DNA of 58,641 nt, filler included, from Basidioascus undulatus (taxonomy: Eukaryota), in NCBI GenBank assembly GCA_000826855.1. It is 3 parts of 3 records of this genome, joined end to end, with 100 filler letters (N's around TTAATTAATTAA, not from the genome) between each part and the next. Parts side by side here need not be neighbours in the genome. Positions count along the whole stretch, not along the records: positions 1 to 19,485 come from JTLS01000415.1; positions 19,586 to 39,067 come from JTLS01000416.1; 1 more part is not named here. One strand, 5' to 3'. Under the pieces are notes generated by a model. It worked only from the letters and a program-made list of their open reading frames with translations. It was not told the DNA's origin and made no database searches. Shown here piece by piece: positions 13,242-22,543 of this stretch (within the stretch, counting starts at the first letter, position 1; each line of letters opens with the position of its first letter). The translations under genes and the position numbers were made by a program.

Positions 13242-14304
13242 TCATTTCTCTGCACCACCGGGCCTCCGTCAGACTCTCCGCGACCTCGAGGAGAAGGAAA
13301 TCGGGCGTACTCAATCCCTTCTGCAGCCACTTCGGGATCCCCTTGCTCAGGCCCTCCCGCGCCTTGGGCTTCGGCTCCTCCGGCTGCGCAGCCTGCTTTG
13401 TCGCTGCTTCTGGCGTGGGATCGAACGACGGCGGGGCGGGGAGGTCGACCGCCGCAGTGCGGAGGGCGTCGATGAGTGGGGCGGGAGCGGAAGATGCTGG
13501 AGATAAGGTAGATGTATGAGTTCCAGCGGAAGGTGTCCCAAGGAGGGAGAAGAACACGGACCATTCAGCGCCTCGTTCGTAAACCGGATAAGCAGCACCG
13601 AGCTCGGCGCAAGCTTCAAATCGTACAGCGAGAGCTCCTTGATCCTGGGATCGTCCAGCTTGAACTCGCGTTTGGGGGGTGATTGGTCTGTCCGCCAAAT
13701 AGCTAAGCGACCGCAGCGAAACCGACGCAGCAGCAGCGGGGCGACTCACAAAGCACATAACCCCCGTCCTTCGCCCCCGGCGCCAAGCTCTCATCGACAA
13801 AGTCATACACCTCCCGGACCGTCACGCTCGACGGGAACGTCGTTTCGAGCTGGGAGCGATCGCTGAAGCGGATCCGAATCTTGGTCTGCCGTACACGCAT
13901 CCCGCCGCCTCAGCCTTCAACACCACCACCACCGCCGCAGGGGAGAGAGGAGCACTGACCTGAGGCCAGCTGGACTTCTTCGCACGCTCCTCGCGCTCGC
14001 GCATCGCCCGCGTCTTTAGCGGCGCGTCGACGAGCGTCTCGCGCAGGCGAGTCTGGGACGAGTGCGCGCGCATGAGCTCCGCTGAGGAGGGGTTGTAGTA
14101 GGACTCGGGAAGGTCGGGGGCTGCAGACGAGTTTAAAGCGTCAGAATTGGTCATTCTCAGCTGGCTGTAGTAGATAACGATGCTGAGCGTTGAAATGGGA
14201 GACATACGAAGCCGCGCTGGCCCATCTGCGGGCGGCTTCCAGAGCTTGACTTCGCGTTGGGGCGCCTCCGGGCCGGGAGCGGGGGTGGATGACTCCGACG
14301 ACAT
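13242..14304 (-). CDS. UBX-domain protein (ASPL/TUG-like C-terminal UBX, Cdc48 cofactor)
   Basis: DLPESYYNPSSAELMRAH...DAPLKTRAMRE...WPQTKIRIRFSDRSQLETTFPSS...LAPSSVLLIRF...KGIPKWLQKGL; several introns. Confidence 0.8.
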
Positions 14305-14787
14305 TCTGGCTATCACAAGAGCTAAGCCTGGAGGATGGAGATGCGAGCTTGGGATAACGGAGGTGATGGGAGAGTAATGGCATCCGACGGTGACGCGTTT
14401 CGCCAATGCGGCACTCACGTGATTAAAAAATAAGTACGCCGCCGAACAAGGATGGAACGTCTGCGAATGATTGGCAATGACCATCATAATGCCTCTCCAG
14501 ACAATTAAAACATAGAAACATTAACTTTTAATGGTTGCGGAGCTCACATATGGTTTGCAGCGCGTGGTGCATCGCGTGGCGGCAAGCCAGCCACAGCCTG
14601 CAGCCTTCGTCTTGGGAACAGGTGGTGCATGGGCCTGCAAGATACCAATTCTATACAGAATAAACTTCTTGTTCCACAGTTTGTAAGTTCGTAACCTGCT
14701 CTGAGCTGAAGGCGAGCCCACTGACATATATCGCTGCAGGACCAACTCGAAAATCGCTCGGAGACCGGGTCTGTGTTCAAAGGTTCC

Positions 14788-15991
14788 TTAGCTAGCCCAA
14801 AGTTCCTGATCATCTGCTAGACAATAAGTTAGCCTGATCTTTGAGCTATCCTGAAAGGTGTTCGTGCCAACAATCCATTGCTGAGCACCAGCACCGACCC
14901 ACATTGCTTCATTTCCTGTAGTGCTGTGCGCACTTCTCGTGAAGCTGTCGCTCCCCTCGGGTGAGGATTCTTCCACTTGAGATTTATACAGAACCACAGC
15001 ATAGTCATAGAAGAAGTTCATATCTGCCAACCGCTCGCGAAAACATTGAAAGGCCGCGTCTATTACACCAAGAAGCTGCGTACTCAAGCAGACAAAGAAA
15101 CCCCCCTGCATCTCCCAAACGGTACCCTCGACGGCTAGGCGCATGATATTGGCGGCACCCAACTTCTCCTGCCGCTCGGCCCACATGTCCACAATCTCGC
15201 CTGTGCGCTGAGGCGTTCACCAGCCCTGCGAACGTTGTTGCACCTCAGTCAGGGGCACTAGAAGGGAGTCTTGCCCGTAAACGTCGATGAACAAGCAATT
15301 TTTCAGCGACGGCTGCGATGGATGAAATCTCGAGTGCGAAGCAAGAATTGTTGGTCCAGCGTGTGCGTGTGGTCGAACAAGACGTCAGCAACGGTTGAAA
15401 CGATGGTCTCGATCTCCGGCAACACCGTCGTGACCGGCAGTTTGATCCCGACGAAAGGGGAAAGATTTTCGAACTCCATCCATCGAGAGGCAGTTAAGCG
15501 CTTCAAGTGAGAGAGTGCACTTGAGTCCGGCACGTCGAACTGCGCGCCCACGCAGACTAACTCCTCGAGCCTCTGCAGACTGCGAATAGCTCTCGAGAGA
15601 GGCGAGCTCGGCGTCAAGTTGTACCCGGAGAAGTGAAGCGCGAGACGCTTCAGAGTCGGTTGAAACAGGCACAACACCATGGCGAGCCGGTCGTAGATCG
15701 GGTCGTCAGTCCACGGCATGGGGACCTCCATCGCGAACGAGTGGACTTTGGCGGAAGCGATGCGTCGGCGCTGAAGGCATCGGATAAGGATAACCCGTAG
15801 AGTTGATCCTTGTCATAGATTACTATGTACTCGTAAAGGTACTTGCGAGCGATGGGACGAAGCGAGTGCGAGAGGAGGCACAGCGTCGCGAGGGTCGCCC
15901 CGTCACGGGTGTACGTGAGCGGGTGCGACGGCTTTGCGACGAGCTTGATGATATGGGTGAGGGTCTCGAGGGGGAGACGAGGGGCTGCCAT
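14788..15991 (-). pseudogene. F-box/LRR-like protein, frameshifted
   Basis: MAAPRLPLETLTHIIKLV...TLATLCLLSHSLRPIARKYLY is an F-box-like start; LRR-like LKRLALH/LQRLEELVC/LSHLKRL lie in another frame (shift near 15770); stop at 15303 interrupts. Confidence 0.55.
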
Positions 15992-16963
15992 TGGGTTAAC
16001 GCTCTGCAAGGTGGGTTGTGGAAGTGGTAAAGCGCGGGGGCGGGGGTGATGACGGAACGAGGGCAAACCAAGCTGACATGCCCCTCAGTACAAATATTCA
16101 GGCCCGATAAATTCTATATTCTACACCATCGTTATCCAATGGATGGTGCAGCGTCAGCGCTGCTTCGGGCTCAGGTGCGAAACTTACAATAATCTTTGCT
16201 CGGCATCCCTACATTCTGACAGACCTGCAAGACCCTTCTTTTAAGGGGCCAAGACTAAAACTGCCCTTGGAGCGTACTAGGGCAGGGCAGTCGTTGTAGT
16301 CATGAAAGCGACGAGGTTCCCTCACTCGCCAGCCCATGCGAAGCTCTGACGCAGCGCTTTCACCCTCTTCCGCACAAAACCGGATATCTCGGTGGGCAGT
16401 GAGGGTGTTTGCTTCTCAGGATTCCGAGTTAGATCATGAGTACTAGTGTCATTCTTATCGTTAACTCCAGTAAGATCCCCACCCTTGTCGAACACTTATC
16501 CCCACGCACCGCGACTCAGCCAACTTGCAGCCAACGGCAACACCACCACGACTTCAATATTACTGTCCTAGCACCAGGCCGTTATCCGTTATTGACTGTT
16601 GCACTTCGATGCATTGCTTATGTGGTCAGTATATTGTTGAAGAGTCTTTTCGTTCTGGTTGTTGTGGCACTGTGACGCTCACAGCCCCGAGCGCTCGTTG
16701 CAAAACCGTTATTCGCCTGCTGACTCAACTACTCAAAACTGCGAAGTTCGCACACGGAACAGCTTGGCGGACGACATCTTTCCCCATGCATATGACGACT
16801 GAACAGTGAGCCCCCGCAAGTCATTTTTCCCCGAGTTTTTCCCCAAGGCCCTGTTCCCTTTAAAGCCGCGCCACCCCTTCCTTCTTTTCTTTCTTCCCTC
16901 GTCGTCGTGTTATCCCCGCGTAGCGTCCCAGCACGCTCACCATCTGAACCCTTCTCAAGTCAC

Positions 16964-17340
16964 CTGCAGTGCGGCCTTCCGCCAGACGGGAGAAGGCCGT
17001 TCTGCAAGCGGGCTGAGTAGCGTTCGCATCCTGATCGCTCTGGGGTGATACAGCGGATGCCTCAGTGCGCTCTTGATTGGGAGGTGCGCACATCATCTGC
17101 AGTGCTTCCTTCCGGGGAGAAGGCCGTTCTACAGATATTGTTGCATACTTCAGGATTCTAGTCGCTCTGGGGAACCGCCTAATTCCTGCTTCTCGTTTGT
17201 ATTTTCCGGATGTAACGCCCCAGCGCGCTCACCGCCCGAGCTGTGCGGCGGCTAGAAGGCCGTTCTGCAAAGCGTCTGCAGTGCCCGGGACTAGGCCTTG
17301 CCGTGGTCGTGGCATTGACGGCCGTTCCGGGTGCTTACTG
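16964..17340. repeat. degenerate tandem repeat (about 127-nt period) of palindromic hairpin units
   Basis: AGAAGGCCGTTCT at 16991, 17118, 17254; CTGCAGTGC at 16964, 17097, 17276; TCGCTCTGGGG at 17035 and 17162 (same 127-nt offset). Confidence 0.7.
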
Positions 17341-18515
17341 CGAGCTTTCCAATTTTCAATCTCTGAGGCTAAATGCGGATTCACCCTTCTTCCTCCCGTC
17401 TGTTTCCTTCCGGCATAGTGCATCTCTACCCCGGCTACATGACAAGTTGCTGTTCGGCTTCATCCAGCTCTGCACCACCGCCAACCTGCAGAAACAATCA
17501 GAACTGTATGGGAGTTGAGAGACATTGTCCAGGGATCCCTGAGTTGAGGCACCAGTCATCGCTGCATGGGCTCGATCACTTTTCAACGTTAACAGTTACA
17601 GGGCTCCTGCATTGCGTGGTGCGGTGCCCCCGCACACCGGCCCCTCCCACCCCCTCTCCTTCCTTGGCCCTTCCTCCTCAGCACGCCTATATTCAGTACA
17701 AATACTACGTGAAATGTCTGGCAGGACCCCATCTCGATCCACGAGCTCCGCCAAGCTCACAGCGCATGCAAGCTCGTGCGCTCGTGCTGTGCGATGTCGT
17801 TCAAGATTTCGTGAAGCTCTGGCGTAACCATTGTCCTCCTTCTTTCCATTTTTTTTTCTAAATCAAATCAAGCACCTGCGAGAACGCAAAGTCCGTCCTG
17901 CATTCGTCCGTTGTGCAGTTCACTTCGCCGAGACACCCACTGACATACACGTGAAAGTCGGCGCCTAGTTACCTGCGCTCGCCTCAACATTCCTCCCTCT
18001 TCGGTGTCGGCAGCCGCCTCCTCCCGCAATTCAAGCTAATCTGAAACCCCAAATCCCGCATAACGCAGCCCTCGTTACTCCAAAGCAGAGATGGGTACCC
18101 AGCAGAGAAAGAGAAATGTGCTGAGTATGCTTCTGCAGCCAAAGAGACGACGTCGAAAGTAAACGAACCGACGTCATTTGCGGCAATGTGAGACACTGCC
18201 TTCTCGGCGACCGAGCGAGGACCGAGGACGAGGAGAATGAGAACGAGGATCGCACCGTCCGTCCACTGACCTCGTGGACGAACGAACGGTGGACGGATGC
18301 ACTGAGTGAGTTCCGGCTTGCGTGTGCGAGATGCGAAGGACGAAAAAGTGGGCTGACCCTGCTCGCACAGAACAGAGGAGCCTTACAAAGACCAATCCAC
18401 AGCGAATACAGGCGACCGCCCTCGCCTCTCCACTCCACCACCACATCATCGCTACTTACTTCCAGCCCGACGCTCTCCATTCTTTCCATCCACCATCCTT
18501 CCATCTTCTTGAGAC

Positions 18516-19485
18516 ATGCCGAACGTCAAGGAGGATGACGAGCCAGAATCAGAAGCGGACGGGATCGTCGGCTGGCTTTTGCGCTTCGTGCCCAGCGTCG
18601 CGCTGCCCAATATGCCGCTGCCAGGGATGTTTCGGCTTGAACATGAGCATGAGGAGGAGGAGCGGGAGCGGGAGGCGGGGGTGGGCGAGAGGGAAGGTGA
18701 GTGCGGTGCGAAGGAGAGACGAGAAGAGTGTGTTTCGTGGGCGTGATCGAGGAGCTTATTAATTTTGGAGGATGAGGCAACGGCCGGGTTCTAATGTTGG
18801 GATCCGGGATTTGGACCGCTGGTCATCCGCTTCCGAGCTTGTTCTCAAACACACTCATTCACATGAGCGCACCTCCGTCTTCCCACTCACGCCCCTGCCC
18901 TCCCTCAGTCCCAGTCCCTCCCTTACCCACCACACCCACGACCACCTCCCGCGGCGTGCAGGCCCCCTCCGTCCGGGGCGACTCCTCATCCGCGATGCTC
19001 TCCCGGCCCGCACTCAGCATCCCCTTCCCGCTCTCGCACCCGCACGAGCCCGAGCACGAGTCCGACGCGCTCCTCGTCGCGTCCCCCACGCAGACCGCGG
19101 TGGGCTCGTCCACTGCCGGGTCCGCAGGCTCCGCGAACGGGCGCTCGTCTTCCTCGGGTTCTTACGGTACACCCAAAAAGTGCGCCCCTCCCCTTGCTGT
19201 ATCTTCCCTTGAGGCAGGCTGACGGACTGCTAGGGAAGGAAGAAGGAAGAAGTCCCTCCTCTCGCGTCTCCTCCCGTCCCTCCCCTCCCCGCGCATCCCC
19301 CCAGCTCCGCATGCACACGCACACTCCGCCCTGCCCGAGCCGACCCCGCGCAGGAGGAGCAAGCGCCTCGCGGAGCAGCACGAGTCGAGGCAGTGGGTGC
19401 GCGTGCGCGCACACCACCCCTCCTCCGGCTCCTCCTCCTCCACCCCCCAGAAATCTTTCGATCCGCTCTTCCTCGCCCAAACGCT
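18516..19485 (+). CDS. hypothetical low-complexity protein, truncated by assembly gap
   Basis: GC-rich coding-like exons (MPNVKEDDEPES..., ...SSSSGSYGTPKK) with GTGAGT and GTGCGC donors; exon structure uncertain. Confidence 0.4.
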
Positions 19486-19585
19486 NNNNNNNNNNNNNNN
19501 NNNNNNNNNNNNNNNNNNNNNNNNNNNNNTTAATTAATTAANNNNNNNNNNNNNNNNNNNNNNNNNNNNNNNNNNNNNNNNNNNN
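19486..19585. other. scaffold gap with artificial TTAATTAATTAA linker
   Basis: 100 nt of N with central TTAATTAATTAA (19530-19541); genes on both sides are truncated. Confidence 0.97.
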
Positions 19586-21000
19586 GGGGGGGGAGGGAGG
19601 GGAGGGACACACCGGTCGACATTGTCTGCTGCTGTTTGTTTTCGGAGGCGGCGCAGCGCCTCGGTGAGGTGCTCGTTTAGGATCACAGCTGTTCCATCCA
19701 ATTCTATCAGCCACTGCTCTGGACATGAAGGCAGCGTGTCCACACACGCACCCTCATGTCGGACCTTCCCAATCAGCACAGTCTTCTCCTTGACCTCCTT
19801 CTCGAGCTGCTGCACGCGCGTCGCGTCCGTTTCCATGTCGCCGAGCTTGACCTGTGCAACACAGCAGGGAGGTTCAGCGAGATCGCGGAGGGGGGAGATA
19901 CGGGTGAGAGCGGCGGACCTCCGCGTTTAGCGCTCTGGACTTGTACTCGGCTAAGGATTGGGTGAGGCTGGATATGGTCGCTTTGGAGTCGGACACTGCT
20001 TGGGCAAGCTCGGCGTCCTTGGCTAAGAGGGAGATGGATATGGTCAGTCCGGCCCCTCATTCCAACCCAGCGCCAGAGAGCATGTACTCACACGCCTGAA
20101 ACTCGCTCAGCACCGCCTCCAAGTTCCTACTTGCCTCCTCCGCCCTCCTCCTCTCGTCGCGCTCCCGCTCCAGCTCGACCCTGCACATCTCCAGCTCGCC
20201 TGCGAGCTCCCTCGCCTGCTGCTCCCACTCCTCCCTCGCGGCGCCCTCCTCATGAGCGACGCGCTCCCACTCCTCACGCCCCACGCGCTCCCGCTCCGCC
20301 TCCTCCTCGCGCTCGCGCAGCTGCCCCTGGAGCAGCAGCGCCTCATCTGCGGTTGCGCGCTCGGACGTGGAGAAGCGCGAGCGCAGGGAGGAGAGCTCGT
20401 GCAACAGCGTGGAGTTGTGTGATTCGGACGAGGCGAGCTCGGTCTGGAGGGTGCTGATCGTGGATTGGAGGGTGGTCGTTTGCGATGTGAGCGTCGTAAT
20501 TTGCGCTTCTCGTCGATCGAGCTCTTCCTGCAGGCGTGGGGAAGAAACCCGGTCAGACCAGACTGGGGGCAGCATAACAGCGAAAGCAGAGCACCCACTG
20601 CGTCTTGCTTCAACCGCTCTCCGAGCGTATTACGCATCGCAGTCAACTTGCTGAGCAAGCTCCGATACTGGCTCTCGAGGCGCTCCTTCTCCCCTCTCGT
20701 GATCTCGAGCTCTCGCTCGAGCTGGCCCGTCCGGCTCTCCTCCCCTGCCTTCGCCTGCGCCCCATCGCCATTGACGACCGCGGCGGCCGCCTCATCCGCG
20801 GCGCGCGCGATCTCGGTAGATGCGCGCGGGAGGTCCTCCGAGAGGCGCATACCCGCCAGCGGTGGGGAGAGGACGGTGTCGGGCGCGGGCGCCGAGGTGC
20901 TGGTGGATGCGGTCGAAGGGGCCACTTCGGTCGACGGGCGCGCTGAGGAATCTGTAGATTGCGCCGGGGTCGATGCGCCGGCTGCATCGCCGGACGCCAT
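19586..21000 (-). CDS. RUD3: Rud3/GMAP-210-type golgin (coiled coil + GRAB domain), 3' truncated by gap
   Basis: EKERLESQYRSLLSKLTAMRNTLGERLKQDAEELDRRE; NLEAVLSEFQA; KEKTVLIGKVRHEAVILNEHLTEALRRLRK...NVDR. Confidence 0.85.
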
Positions 21001-21771
21001 GCTAGTGTTTTGGGGGGTTTAACAAAGACTGAGAGACGAGAGCGTGAGGGTGAGATCCTGAGCTGGCTGGGTACTGCTGCGCTGTGTCGCTCGCAGCGGT
21101 CGCGCGGGAATTGGATGCTATCACAGCGCGCCCCGCCAGTCTACAAATTCTAATTGCAGCCTTTCGCGAACATAGACAGTCCAGTTTCAGGCTGTCCGCT
21201 GAGCACAACTTCCGTGTATTCGACTTGATTCTGCTCATTAGTATGGTAGGACCTTTATGGTTTACAGCTTTTGTAAGAATCAAAATGTCTATCCATGAGT
21301 ACACGCGAGCAGTCGCATAGACACCGGCTCCTTGGCGGTTCACCGCCATGCCCACCCGACCTCGTCGTCGTGGATAAATTAATTAATGAGGTACCATTAT
21401 GCACACTGTCACACATACCCGAGGATAAAAAACCCGTGAAGTTCATTCAGCTGACGTATCGTGTTGTTGATGGTCACACGCGCAGGCTGGTGTGGTGCGT
21501 TCCAGCTGGGCTGCACCCTCGCTCTTCAGGACAACTCCCTGTACTCCGTTCATGCACAGAGGAAATTCCTAAGTAGGATATCTTCCTTTATAATATGGGT
21601 GCCTAAACCTCTGTTGAAGTGTGAAGTAGGCCGGAAACGACCTCGCACTGCGCCTGCTTTCGGTCAGCCGGAATTCGTTTCGGTGCCTGCCTGCCCCTTA
21701 CGAGCACGAGCTCCTTGACTTGGCTGTGTCTTCTCGCTTCCCATCCCCCCTCCTCCACACATCATTTCAAC

Positions 21772-22535
21772 ATGCCCCTCGTGTCCGCCTCCCTCGCCGC
21801 GCCCAAGACGCTCTCCGTCGCGCTCATCGGGCCCGGCGGCGTCGGGTCCGCGGTCCTGACCCAGCTCTCCTCGCTCGCCCCGCGCTTCAAGCTCGTGTCG
21901 ATCTCCAACTCTCGCCTGACGCTGCACTCCGCCTCCGGTCTCTCTTGGTCGTCCGCCAAGGCGGACCTCCTCGCGCAGGGCAAGCCCCTCAACATCGAGA
22001 CCGAGCTCGTGCCCGCCCTCGCCGCCTCGGGCGACCCTACCGTCGTCGTGGACAACACCTCCGACGCCAAGATCGCCGGGCTGTACCCGCTCTTCCTCAG
22101 CCACGGCCTCCATGTCGCTACCCCGAACAAGGTCGCGTTCTCCTCTGCGCTTACCCTCGCGCGCTCGATCGAGGATGCCGCCAAGGCGAGCGGCGCGCTC
22201 GTCTACCGTGAGAGCACCGTCGGCGCCGGCTTGCCCATCGTCAGCACGCTGGGCGACCTCGTAGCGACGGGCGACGAGGTCTGGAAGATCGAGGGCGTGC
22301 TCAGCGGGACGATGAGCTTCATCTTCAACGAGTTCAGCCGCCCCAGTGGGAAGGGCGAGAAGCGCAAGTTCTCGGAGATTGTCCGCGATGCGCGGGACAA
22401 GGGCTACACTGTGCGTCTTCCTTTCCTTTCTTGCCCCGTCCTCATCCATCCGTCTGTCTTTATCCCCGTTCTCCTCTTATTCAAACACCTTTGTCCCCCA
22501 CAATGCAGGAGCCCCACCCCGCCGCGGACCTCTCC
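21772..22535 (+). pseudogene. HOM6: homoserine dehydrogenase, 3' truncated (about 222 aa)
   Basis: IGPGGVG Rossmann motif, VVDNTS, VATPNK, ESTVGAGLP, IEGVLSGTMSFIFN, GYT|EPHPAADLS (intron 22411-22508); homology ends before the expected DVARK motif. Confidence 0.85.
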
Positions 22536-22543
22536 CCCTCGCG

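Noticed and set aside
16250..16301. AGACTA...TAGTC resembling group I intron P7 (R/S elements)
   Set aside because: No P/Q elements, poor S consensus and no host exon; it is a simple hairpin.
17102..17116. Minus strand CCGGAAGGAAGCA matches the bacterial SRP helix-8 loop
   Set aside because: The required 5' CAGG strand is absent and the motif is not kept in the other repeat units.
16964..17340. CRISPR-like or H/ACA snoRNA interpretation of the repeat array
   Set aside because: Repeats are degenerate with irregular spacing, there are no cas-like genes, and H/ACA boxes are not consistently placed.
19530..19541. TTAATTAATTAA palindrome (also 39112-39123) suggesting a piggyBac TTAA site or regulatory palindrome
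   Set aside because: Embedded in fixed-length N runs; it is an artificial all-frame-stop gap linker.
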